Part shown: positions 42,312-54,020 of the stretch, one piece after another
Position numbering within the stretch: position 1 is the stretch's first letter
How the letters are laid out: every line of letters starts with the position of its first letter
Source of the DNA: Lobosporangium transversale
Lineage: Eukaryota
DNA: 64,000 nucleotides
Assembly (NCBI RefSeq): GCF_002105155.1
Contig: NW_019029023.1
Coordinates: forward strand, 124,001-188,000
Reading direction: 5' to 3'
Notes under the pieces: generated by a model
What the model was told of the DNA's origin: nothing
Seen by the model: only the letters and a program-made list of their open reading frames with translations
Database searches by the model: none
Made by a program: the position numbers and the translations under genes

Positions 42312-43000
42312 AGAAAATGATATTAGAGTTCAGATCCATAACTTTGACTTGTCATGTAATGAAGTTTAAATGCCTAAATCGATTAAACTTCCTAATGTTA
42401 TTTATTTTATAATTTACCTTACACGCAGGTTTATCAGGACGCTTTGGATAGTAAACTTTGGGCTGATACCCAAAGTGATGCAGGTGCCGAGCAGCTACCA
42501 TGCCTTTGTATTAAAAAGAAAAATAATAATAATTAAAAAGCACTAAACAAGTCTCCACATTCACACCGCTATATCTTTTTTTTTTTTTTTTTTTTTTTAT
42601 CGTTAGTTGTTAAAAACATTTATCGTTACCATCGAGACCATTGTTCCCTGGGCCAGAAAAAACGACAACCCGCCCATACTTGTCCTTGCTAAACTCTTTT
42701 GTGATGGCTTGAGCTACACTAAAGCCAGCTAAAAGAAAAAAAAAAAAAAAAAAAAAAAATTAGACAGGTAGAAATAGTTGACAGGTTACCTGCCCATAGC
42801 TCCTAGACCTTTTTGCTTACCAAGTTCTACCAATTGCTCAAAGCTGAACCCACCCCCTGTTGGGGACATCAGTTCAACATCGATCGCTTGTGCTGCACGT
42901 TGCGTGAGATACTAATTTATTTTGTTTAATAAATATATTACAATCAATTTTTATCCTATTGTATTTTCTATTTTTTAGTCTTTCAGCACAGAGTCAATGC

Positions 43001-43031
<31 letters not shown>

Positions 43032-43043
43032 TTTGATGGACAT
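41289..43043 (-). CDS. NNR1: NAD(P)H-hydrate epimerase (YjeF N-terminal; NAXE/NNR1)
   Basis: About nine short exons, mostly missed by the ORF track: [50 protein letters not shown]..|..[48 protein letters not shown]|..[11 protein letters not shown]. Confidence 0.92.
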
Positions 43044-43740
43044 GATTCTTGAAGTGTTTTCATGAAATGCAAATGATGCTAATTCACGAAATGAGTTCAT
43101 TCACTAGAACACCCGAGTACAGCATAAACCTCTCCCAAAGTACGTCATAGACGTGACTGTCTAAGCGCGTTTGCTAACGCGTGTATTAGATGGCTGCGGA
43201 CGACGTTGGCTCTGTTATGGCCCACACTTTGCGGACTGTGAGCTTGAAATACTGTTCCCATAAGCTGGTCAAAGGTGGAGGCGATGATATTTTCACCTAA
43301 ACATACTGCTTATGTTTACAGTGACAGTGGATTATCAGGCGAATGAAGAGATGAATTGGCGAGACTATAGGCGAAAAAGGTGTTAGAATAGGTAGCAATG
43401 AATATATCTTCTACTTGCTGAAAAAGTGTGATATTGAAATAATTAACCTGTTGCTGATATAAATGTTTCTTTTATTTGAAAAAAAAAAAAGACGTCAGTC
43501 CACAGCGAACATATTGGAATGACTTCAAGCCAAGCACATCCAAATATTTATACATGTATATGATGCTTAGAGTTCCTATTTCATTTATTGCATTTCCTTT
43601 GGAGTAACATAAGGGATTTCGCAAACAGCACTGATTCGCTTCCAGCTTGGATAATACTTTGGTCTCCTTGCTCACAGTGACAAATGCCTGCTTTCATTGA
43701 CCCATCTCTCGGTTTGCAAAGTCGGTTCGCTGGTGGTTGG

Positions 43741-46464
43741 TTAGAATAAAAGCGACGATAACTCCTTTTTTGGAAACATTTTCACCCTTTTCTTTAAATC
43801 ATCTTCATCCTCAAATCGTCGCTTCTTTCGCTCGCTCACAATTTCTTCACAGGCTACTTCCTCACCTGCAGGAATATGCTTGATATGGTGCTCAGGTGCT
43901 GAATTGATGCACAATCTGGAAGACGCTGTATAACATGATAATGATATTATTGAAACATGTAAAATATATAGAGCAATTGCAAAAAAAAAAAAAAAAAAAA
44001 AAAAGTTATCTGCTTACCTGAGAATTGTGCACGGCCTGCAAACGTGTACCCATAGTATTCTTGGAAGTTTCCTTTGTGTACCATGAATGTATGGGAGTGA
44101 AGCTTCACTCTTGAGGAGGATTCACATCGATTTGAAAAGATACCAAAGGCACACTCCAGGGATTGACATCGTTCCTTAAGAACATCGCTCACTTTGGCAA
44201 TCTTTGTAATTTCCTCATCAATTGTTGTTTGGTCGATAACGCTATGCTCCTTTGAATCCTCCCCTTCGGTCCATTTCATTTGACATAACAAACACAAAGA
44301 CACAGGATCTCCTCTATCTCCTCTGTCCTGTAAACACAGTTGCATAAACCCATCAGCTAGAGCACCCTTGCCATTAACAAATAGCTTGTGAAACTCTTGA
44401 AGAAAGTTAGTATGCTCCATGCCGTCCACGCCCTTTGCGGTCTCGTGATCAGGGAACGTTTCGAGCAATTGATGCACTGCAACATTGAGGTAGTTTGGAA
44501 TTATAAATTTAAACAATGGAAGCTTGCGGTCAAAGTCCGCACCTGCAAAAAGTCTTTCCAGAGTCGCAGACTGTTCTTCGAGGTAAGGGAGTAGGTATAA
44601 ACGTAGAGCTATGAAGCCCATATTGAAGCGTTCCCAGCCTGACCAGGAGATGCTTTGCTCTGAAGCGATAAAAGCGGCCCAGTACTTCAAGGGCGACTTG
44701 GATTGACTGTTCTTGGAAGTGCCAACCAATATAACTAGCCACAAATATGGGACACGTATATGATACTTGCCATACTCAGCTTGTTCCAAATGTATTACAC
44801 CGGCTGTCATGAGGTTTCCATAGCTAATGTTTGCTCCATGTCCAACAATAAAACGCACTCCGACTGGGATATCAAAAATAGTCTTTGCCAGTACAGGTGC
44901 CATGAGCTTCTCGTAGCCCTGAAAAGGATAGAGTTTGCTTAAACGGTCTGCCAGGTCCTGCATAATGGCCACGATATCGACATTGCGCAGACATTCCGCA
45001 AGGTCCTCAGCCTGGTTAGGCACTTCTTTGATATTCTATAGGTGATCCACAAAGAGATGATAGAAAAGCTCCACAGTCCCTGGCACCCCACCGATGTCTG
45101 CAATACTACGGCGGAACAGTATATCATTCTTTAGGTGGTCTTCAGTCAGATGCAGAATCTTACCGTTTATAGTCAGGGGTAGCTTAAGACCAATTTCGAT
45201 CACGTCGGCGTCAGTAAGAAGAGGAAGAAGTATGGGTAGGATAATATATGATCCCCTGGCTATGCTTATGACGGGTTCTAGGATTGTACCCGCCATAATA
45301 GGGATAAAAAAAGGCTTTGCCATGCTACAGCTCCGTGTCCCAATGGCCAAAACAACTTGTTGAAGAGTTTTTGGGAAAACTTTGTGTAATTGATCCACTT
45401 CGTCGATGCCGATGACCAGCACAGAGAAATTGTTGGTGGATGTACCGCGGCTGATGATATCAGATTGAATAACCTGTATGACGGCGTACAAATCGAGTTG
45501 CTCAACGCCTTCCTTTTGCAGAAAAGAGTCAAAATCGACTTTGGGTTTAATACCGGAGTCTTTGGTATTGATAAAATATTCTTAGAGTAATCTAACGGCG
45601 ATAGATGCTTCGTCTTCAATCCTGACATCGAATTGACTGGCAGCAGTGTCATTGCCATAGGAAAAATTGATTGAGACCATATTGGAGAAGGCGCTTTTGA
45701 CACTCTGGTCACTGCAAGAGCTGGCCTTTTCGCGAAGCATTCCTGCGATTTCTTGGAGAAACCGGCTTTTGCCTGTACCTGGCCCACAGGCGAGAAATGG
45801 AATTGGGTTTATCATTTTGCAGCCTCTGCCGCGACGTTCAAATCGCTTAAAGACGCCATTAAGAGTACCAGCTCCATTCCATAATACGTCAAGGGTTTCC
45901 TCTCGATGGAGAAGCGGGAATTCTGAACCAAAAGTAGAAACGAGCTATAATAAGGAATCAGCACAAAATCTTCTGTCTACTCATTTTTTATAATGATGTA
46001 CACTCAAAATGTAAACATAGTAGATAACATACCGGAGCTTATTTAGTGCCGATGGGTCGTTCATATTGCCTAATCCATGCAAGGATACTTGAGGGTTTTA
46101 TCCAGTCATGCACAAAACCTTGAGAACAAACAGCTAATCCCTTACCTTCCAATGGCCGCTGAACAACGATGTGGATAGTCCTCTTAGGCAGAGGTGCTGT
46201 GCCGAATATCTTGGAAATTTCGCTTGTTGCTCTGGTGAGAGGCTCCTTTGATTCAACATCGGCGATATTGACTGTAGTCCCCTCATCAAGAACAGAGACA
46301 TGGTAAAGATTGAGTTCGTCGGCGTCAATGCCTTGAAGATCGTTTTCTATTTCTTTCTTGATTGCCTTTTTGAGTTCATCCACGGTCTTTGTTGGTAGAA
46401 TTTTCACAGAAAACACTGTGGATTCTCCATCGAGAATGCAAAAGAGTGAAATTTTGTCTGTCAT
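43741..46464 (-). pseudogene. Crinkler (CRN) gene: ubiquitin-like header + P-loop NTPase + restriction-endonuclease-like region + C-terminal ComEA-like HhH; three in-frame stops
   Basis: Header ISLFCILDGEST.FSV....VDELKKAIK...DADELNLYHV...IHIVVQRP. Walker A GPGTGKS, Walker B IGIDE, GGVPG, then ADGF...LCQMK. Last exon 43925-43741. Stops at 46041-46039, 45584-45582 and 45038-45036. Confidence 0.85.
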
Positions 46465-46740
46465 TGGTGTGATTAATAGACAAAAAAATGAAAAAATGAG
46501 TTGGCTGGTGAGGAAGGAGAAAAGAAGGATCAAATACAGTCGTATGGGCTTCAAATGAAAGGAAGGAAAAGAGCAATGAGAGTGATGAATGCTAAAAGTA
46601 AGCAAGATAATATAAAGAGAACTAATGTAGAGAGAGATCTGCTCCTTTTATACCGATATTTCATTTCAGCCACTGTCAATCCAGACGTTACATGCATTTT
46701 GCCACCAGCTGCTTCTTATTACGTATAAATTAAATATGAT

Positions 46741-46935
46741 CGTATTGATTTTAGTATCAAGTGCCTAGTATGGGATACTAGTACTGCGTACCAAAATAAC
46801 AAAAGTGGTATCATGAAAGAAGATTTAATATCACTTTCCATGGGTTTTGTGCGGCTCGGTTTTTGTGTTAGTATCACTTGCATCTTTATTTATGAATGCT
46901 GATCCTAGTGTTAGTATCACTTGCATATTTATTAA
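46741..46935. repeat. Dispersed repeat copy B (TGATACTAA-motif family) with internal tandem duplication
   Basis: Homologous to 13549-13745 and 26090-26140. GTGTTAGTATCACTTGCAT(C/A)TTTATT occurs twice, at ~46865 and ~46908. Confidence 0.8.
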
Positions 46936-46937
46936 TG

Positions 46938-46970
<33 letters not shown>

Positions 46971-47600
46971 GCGCTCGGGGACGAGGGTGAAATTAATATT
47001 AACATGCATTTACATCTCTGCAAAGTTTTTTTTTTTTTTTTTAATGTCTCGTGTTATGGCTGCTTACGACTTTAGTAAATAAATTTGTGTCCAAGATACT
47101 GTCACCATTATCAATAACACTCTCAAACTCTTGTCGGTCAAATCCAATGACAGGGAGCTTGAGCTTCGAGAGTCGAGCCTGCTTTCCATATACAAGAACT
47201 CATTCTATGTGTCGTTAAAGTTAGACATGGCTTCATGCTCCTAGAAACATGGAGTACGCAATTACGAAAATAAAAATAGTCAAAGAGTCTTTTTTCTTTA
47301 TTGACTAGACTGCTGTGGGAAGATGGGAATGAAGTGTGCGTTATGTTTGTGTTTTGTCTTTATGTTTGTGTTGAGGAGAGGAGGATAGCAATAGCGACTT
47401 ATATATGTACAAGAGAGAATAAAATAAAAGGTAATAAAAAGAATAAAAGAATAGTAAAAATATAAATGAAAAGAAAAGAAAAGAAAAAAAAAAAAAAAAA
47501 ATGAAAAATGAAAGAAAAGAAAAGAAAAAGGAAGAAAAAAAAAAAAAAAACGAGAACGAGACAATGGTCTCATCTTGCATGTTCTGTTTTCTTTTTTTCT

Positions 47601-48365
47601 TTATGATCTATGATTATGTTGCCTCATCAGATTCATAACCCATTCGCGACAAAAGATGGATGCTTTCAAATAGCGCTTGGTAGCGTATTTCCTAAAGATA
47701 AAAGTGTTAGATCGACGACTTTGCTGTAAATAGTGCACCATTCTCTCCATGCAGGGCAAAAGATCATTCTCTGTATAACCAGAAGAGAGCTCCAGTTTTT
47801 CCTCCCAGCATTCATGTCCCATCATTCTCCTGGCTAAACAGAGTGATGCTGCAGAGATCATTGAAGGGGGGCATTCAATAAAGTTGAAATCCAGTAATGG
47901 AATCTCCATCAAATACTTGGCTACTGTACGCGAGTGGATGTCATAGTTGTCAGCTTTGGAAATACGTCTTAAGAAGTGCATAGGGTTTGGATATGACATT
48001 TTAAAGCCAAGGGCCGAAAGCATGTACCGCTCTGCCTGTAAAATCTCCTTGTCACTGAATCCACCATCAGCCATAAAAATAAAGTTCTGTACAGAAGGCG
48101 CCATCACTTCCTCATATTTAGCTGCAACGAAAAGAGCAGTGATGCCGACTAGCTGTAGTTTCACTAATGACACTGCTCGTACTGATAAGAATCGATCAAT
48201 GAGGTTGACAGCCAAGAACATGGTCTCTGGTAATAATTTGAATTTGTAATGCACCTCTGCTAACCAATCAATTAAAACGCCTCTCATTTTCCATGCCAAT
48301 TCCTTTTGTGTTGCCATGTAATTTGGATCAGGCATGGTCGAATGCTATAGAAATAGTAGGAAATG

Positions 48366-48402
<37 letters not shown>

Positions 48403-49205
48403 AATTTAACATATTCCCTACAAACACACTAATAGTGCAGCAACGATCTGCAAAAAAAAAAAAAAAAAAAAAAAAAGAGGCGACATACTTCCAATTCCAT
48501 CAAGTACTGAAAGATCTGTGCCGAATATTCAGACGCCATTAGAGGATCTCCACTATCCATGTCATCATGTTCAAATTCGGATACCAATTCCTCATGTTTG
48601 CGTCGCTTCATATTCTCGACCTCTTCAAACATTCGTGCCTCCTGCTCACCCTCTAACAGTATCCTTGGATCACCTCTTGGGAGTGACGGCCGTGCCAGTA
48701 TCCGAACCTCTGTTGGACATCCACGTTTCTTGGTAGGAGCAGCGGGCACCTCTTCAGTCTTTATAGGAACAGCGAGTGTTTCTTCTTCAGTCTTGACAGG
48801 GGCAGCGTATATTTGCTCAGTTTTGATAGGAGCAATGTGTAATTGTTCGGTCTTGATAGGAGCAATGTGTATTTGTTCGGATTTGATAGGAGCAATGTGT
48901 AATTGTTCGGTTTTGGTAGGAGCAATGTGTATTTGTTCGGTTTTGATAGGAGCGATATGTTGTTCGATTCTGAGAGGAACAGCGTGTTTTTGTTCAATCT
49001 TGATAGGCACATGTTGGAAAGCAGGATCAAACTCAGCCTCTATCTTAAAATTCTTGACATCAACAACATGTTCCTTCTGAGCAACAAGACCCGGATTAAG
49101 AGCGAAAGCCTGGTTGACTTCAGGCTCGAGTTTGATGGCGACAAGATCATGTTTAACAGCAGAGTCAAGTTTGTTGAATTGTTTTGCACTGCTAGATGAT
49201 TCAGG

Positions 49206-49240
<35 letters not shown>

Positions 49241-49435
49241 GCTGGAATTGATGTGGAGCTAGCCGATTAGTAGACCTTTCCTGTAAAACTCGTCTTGCCT
49301 GTGCATTAGGTTGATTCTTAGTAGGTGCTGGTGGAGGTGTACGACCCTTTCCTGGAGCAGGATTCTTGAGAGTAATATTGTTGCTAGCATTCTGATGGAT
49401 GATATAGATTGATTTTTTTTTTTTTTTTGGAAGAG

Positions 49436-49466
<31 letters not shown>

Positions 49467-50394
49467 CGAAGTTCCAATGGGGTGAATTGTTATCAGTTAA
49501 TTTATGTGTCTTGGTTGATGTTTTCAGGAACGTTGACGCCAACCAAGACGCGTTGATTTTTTTATTTCTCCGGTTGAGTGTGACAGTGTAATCATTGACG
49601 AAATAATAATAATAAAATATGACTGCAATAGGAATTGACCGTGTAGAGATTAATGGGGAGCAAAGTGTAACAGACATTCCCGCCCAACATTATCTCAAGA
49701 ACGGAAAAGATTTGAAGAGGAGAAAGGAGAAAAGGGAGAAATAAAAAAATATATAGAAGTAGTGGAGTGCAGTAAGGAGGATGTGAAAAGGAAAGACCAA
49801 AGGGAAGAAGAGGAATTGTGAATTGTAAAAAAAAAAAAAAAAAAAAAAAGCAGTGTTAGTGTTATTACCTCTTTGGCGGTGCTGTTTGTGGTGCTGTTTG
49901 TGGTGCTGATGTTGCCAACAGCGGCATTAGTATTGTTGAAGGTACTGACGGCGATTGGTCCATTATTGGTGTTGTTATTGGTAATGTTGGTACTGTTGAA
50001 GGTCTTCTCTGCCAGGGCACCGCGCCTCTTTGTATTGGCCACAGATGTGGCACCACTCTTGCTTCTGGTAGTGGATGCTTGCAAGGAGCTGAGTGCATCC
50101 TTTACATATGTCACTCCGTTACCATTTATACCAACAGCAGGAACGTTCTCATTGCTCTGTAGACGCTTAGTGTTGGTGCTATTAATGTTGTTTGCCATCG
50201 ATTGTGAACGAGTACGTGGCTGAAGAAGAGGAAGAGGGAGAGGAAAGAAAGAGAGAGGGTTAATGTGAAGCGGATGATATAATCCGGTTAGACAAGATGG
50301 CAATCAGATGAAGTGATTATATTAAGGTGTAGTCTGGAGTAAGTAAGGAAACCATATAAAAAAATAAAAAGATGTTGCTTACGGGCTGTGACAT
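47601..50394 (-). CDS. G2/M B-type cyclin (Cdc13/Clb-like)
   Basis: Exons 50394-50383 (MSQP), 50219-49869, ~49391-48490, 48344-47601. D-box-like RGALAEKTFN. DPLMASEYSAQIFQYL, cyclin box MRGVLIDWL, FKLLPET, KLQLVG, AAKYEE, FLRRISKAD. Confidence 0.95.
48752..49010 (-). repeat. Coding 30-bp tandem repeat in cyclin B encoding (H-I-A-P-I-K-T-E-Q-I/L)n
   Basis: Plus-strand unit TTGATAGGAGCAATGTGT(A/AA)TT(T)GTTCGG recurs with ~30-nt periodicity from ~48820 to 48965, with degenerate flanking units. Confidence 0.9.
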
Positions 50395-50555
50395 TGCTGC
50401 GAATGGGTAAACAACAGGGGACTGTAATCACACCAACGCGTCTGAATGGTTCGATGGTCAAAAGATGTAAAAATAAAAAAAAGCAGAGGCAAAACAGGAC
50501 AGGCAAGACAAACGAAGAGGAGAGAAGGAAGAGTGGGAAAAGAAGAGGCAGAGGG

Positions 50556-50610
50556 AAGCAAGGCAAGGCAAGGCAAGGCAAGGCAAGGCAAGGCAAGGCA
50601 AAGCAAAGCA
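50556..50610. repeat. (AGGCA)n pentanucleotide microsatellite in the cyclin B/Rcd1 divergent intergenic region
   Basis: Eight perfect AGGCA units at 50561-50600, flanked by AAGCA variants. Confidence 0.95.
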
Positions 50611-51058
50611 ACGAATGGACAATGAACAATGACAAGCAAAGAGTGACCAATGAGCCAAGATTTCCTCAGAGTAATTTTCTTTTTATTTTTTTATTTACAT
50701 GTATTTGCAATTTACTTAAGGGCTGTCGATCACAGCCAACCAGCTGACACTTGTATTTTACATGAACATTGGCTGATCGTATGTTTTGCTTGTGCTATGC
50801 TCGAGCAGTACACGCGATATTTCGATCCAAAAAAAAAAAAAAAAGAGTCGTGTGTATGGTAGTGTAGATGAACTACTTATCAAAGACCTAATAATAAATT
50901 CATCATTTCCTCTCATCTACCAACCCCAAAGGATAACTACTGAGAATATCATCTGAAGGATACTCGCAAGAACAAAACAAAGGATCATCCGTCATTCAAA
51001 AGTGAAATACAACGATCGCCTCCCTGTCCAATTCAGTTCAAGGGAAAAAGAGAACACC

Positions 51059-51386
51059 ATGCAGTACATGGGGAGTAGACAAGGTGGCAGTGGGAATGCA
51101 GGTCTTGGAGTAGGAGCAGGAGGAGTAGGAGGAGTAGGAGGAGTAGGAGGAGTAGGAGGAGTAGGAAGCTTGAGTGGATATGGCCTTAGTCAACAGCAGC
51201 AACAACAGCAACTTGGATATGCTTCTGGAGGAATCAACAGTCAATTGGCCATGCAGCTGCATCAACAACAACAACAACAACAGCTTCAACTCCAACAGCA
51301 ACAGCAGCAGCACCAACAACAGCAGCAGCACCAACAACAGCAGCAGCAGCTTCAACAACAAAGACAGCAGCAGCAGCAGCAATTGC

Positions 51387-51423
<37 letters not shown>

Positions 51424-51971
51424 GCAACAGCAACAGCAATTGCAGGCGGCACAGCTACAGCAGCAGCAGCAACAACAACAACAGCAACAGCAACAATATA
51501 GATTGGTTACCATTGAAGATGAAAAGATCTATGCTCTTGTCTTGGAACTCACTCACCCTGCTAACCGTGAACAAGCTCTATTGGAATTGAGCAAGAAGCG
51601 TGAGCAATTTGAGGAATTGGCCCTAGTGCTGTGGCACTCTTATGGTAATTGGTTGCCCATGAACCATTTGAAAGAGTTTTTTTTTTTTTTATCATGGTAT
51701 TGCGTTTTTGTTGACTGGAACTCCTTTCTTTTTTCAGGCGTCATGGCTGCTTTATTGCAAGAAATCCTCTCTGTTTATCCCCTGTTGGCTTCTTCTGGAT
51801 TGACAGCCCAAGCATCCAACCGTGTCTGCAATGCCCTGTCTTTGCTTCAATGTGTCGCAAGCCATCCTGAGACTAGAGGGTTGTTCCTGAACGGTAAAGT
51901 GGCACTAATGGCCCCTTTAGTTCTTTTGTCTTTATCTTTCTTCTCTCTCTCTCAAATTAATCTGTCCTAAC

Positions 51972-52006
<35 letters not shown>

Positions 52007-52654
52007 CTACAATCCATTATAGCACACATCCCATTGTTCTTGTATCCATTTCTGAACACGACTAGTAAAACTCGCCCGTTTGAGTACTTGCGCCTAACTA
52101 GCTTGGGTGTCATCGGAGCATTGGTCAAAAACGACAACACAGAGGTGATCACGTTCTTACTTTCGACCGAAATCATCCCTCTTTGCCTTCGCATCATGGA
52201 AACAGGAAGTGAACTGTCTAAAACGGTAAATATATGGATGTTCAACATTAAGAAGCACTTTTTTTTAATTCATTTTACTAATTATATTTCATAACAGGTG
52301 GCCATCTTTATCGTCCAACGCATCCTACTCGACGACATGGGCTTGGCTTATATTTGTCAAACCTATGAACGCTTTTATGCTGTTGGGGTTGTTCTCAGCA
52401 ACATGGTCCACCAATTGGTAGATACCATGGCCGTCCGACTCTTGAAACATGTTGTGAAGTGTTATCTCCGTCTCTCAGATAACCCCCGGGCTCGTGAAGC
52501 CTTGAGACAATGTCTTCCTGAACCCCTTCGAGATGCAACATTTGCACAGGCACTCAAAGACGACATGACCACAAAACGATGCCTTGCTCAATTGTTGATC
52601 AATTTGGCAGAGAACACTCCCTCCAATGGAAACATCAACGGCCTCATCAATTAG
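51059..52654 (+). CDS. RCD1: CCR4-NOT subunit Rcd1/Caf40/CNOT9 with N-terminal Gly-rich and polyQ extension
   Basis: [104 protein letters not shown]. Four exons. Confidence 0.97.
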
Positions 52655-53178
52655 AAAAAAAAGTTTTTCACAGGCACACAGCATCATCATCACCATCATT
52701 ATCAATGTTATCACTGTTATCCTCGACAACCATAACAATAGAGCAGTAGCAGCAGCCGCAGCAATAATGACAGCAACGACAACAAAATCACAGTAACACA
52801 ATAATAACGACAGCAATGGTAATAACTAGAAGAAGAAAAGAAAAAGGGTGCCGAGAGATTTTTTTTTTTTTTTTGTTATTTGTCTCTTAATATCGGAATA
52901 TTTTCTTTCTCCTTTTTTCTTCCTTCCTTCCTTCCTTCCTTCCTTTCTTCCTTTCTTTTTTATTTCCCTTAATGATTGCACAGTGAAGAAGGAAATGGAG
53001 GTGTTTATTTTTCTGTTGCATTTATAACTTTTTGTTTTTTTTGTGCCATCTCTCCTCTCTCTTTCTCTTTCTCTTTCTTTTTTTTTTTTTTTTTCTTCTT
53101 TTATACACTCTACTTTCATGTTAATTATTGATCTCTTCCTAATTTTGTATTAGCGTCTGTGGCGACGCGTAGTGTACA

Positions 53179-53210
<32 letters not shown>

Positions 53211-53509
53211 ACAACTCTTGCATTTTTTTTTTTTTTTTTTTTTCCTTTGTACAATCAGAAAGTCACCTCTTTTTTTTAAATAAAAAAATAAACTATAATA
53301 CATATATATGACTAACGTCGCGATATAGTTAGTGCAGGAGATTGGTATCCAACAATACTATTTATTTATATATAATATATACATGTATTAATCTCGCTTT
53401 AGCTGTTTCGACTGCGATCTGCCCCAAGCCCTTACTTTAAAAAGTCAGTAAGGCGGTGTGCGCCAGCCAATGAAATGTTTTAGTCAAGAGATGAGCTACC
53501 CATTTTAGG

Positions 53510-54020
53510 GAATGTTTAAAGACGCCACTGTCTTTCTTCTGAACCAGCCAAGTCCACCAGCCTTCCCTCCCTTCAAACTCGAGCTGAGGAAACAATCCTA
53601 ACACAGGAACTATCTCAAGCTTTGATCGGCGGCAGTTACCGAGCCGTGTTCATGCCTCCAGAAATATTACTCTCCAGCAAAACGCTTCAAAGACCTGGGG
53701 GATAACGACAAATGGAGATCCCTATTGCGAGCAGCAGTCGTAGACGAAGCCAGTTGGGGAGCTACATTTAGGCTGGACTACCGCCGCATTGTTGAATTGC
53801 GCAGTAAGGTGCCTAGACATGTCGATTTCGCGGCCATGTCCGCGACTCTTCTAAAAGATCTTATGGAGCTGAGAAAAGTCATGCAATTCGGACCATGGAC
53901 GGAAGTGCACAAATACAGGGTTGACCGGAGCAATGTCAAGTATTCACTGCGCTTGTCTAGCTCTGCAAATAGTTTCAGCAGTCTTGAATTCATCCTAGAT
54001 TCCACTAAAACCATTGTATA
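53510..54020 (+). pseudogene. Degenerate RecQ-like helicase fragment (probably transposon-associated)
   Basis: YRAVFMPPEIL (motif Ib), frameshift, then AAVVDEA-SWGATFRLDY (RecQ DEAHCxSxWGxxFRxxY with HCx deleted), AMSATL (motif III) and DRSNVKY (DRPNI). Confidence 0.8.

Noticed and set aside
45036..46041. Stop-codon reassignment as an explanation for the CRN in-frame stops
   Set aside because: Neighbouring conserved genes terminate normally with TAA and TAG.
48752..49010. 30-bp periodic repeat considered as a CRISPR-like array
   Set aside because: No unique spacers; it is an in-frame coding repeat in cyclin B.
50407..50440. Forkhead (GTAAACAA) and MCB (ACGCGT) motifs near the cyclin B start
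   Set aside because: Single short motifs only 13-45 bp from the ATG, probably in the 5' UTR; not distinguishable from chance.
50288..50747. ORFs with LALPC/GKARQ repeats
   Set aside because: Translations of the (AGGCA)n microsatellite.
51038..51590. Poly-Leu, poly-Asn/Ser and poly-Val ORFs
   Set aside because: Alternative frames or the antisense strand of the Rcd1 CAA/CAG tract.
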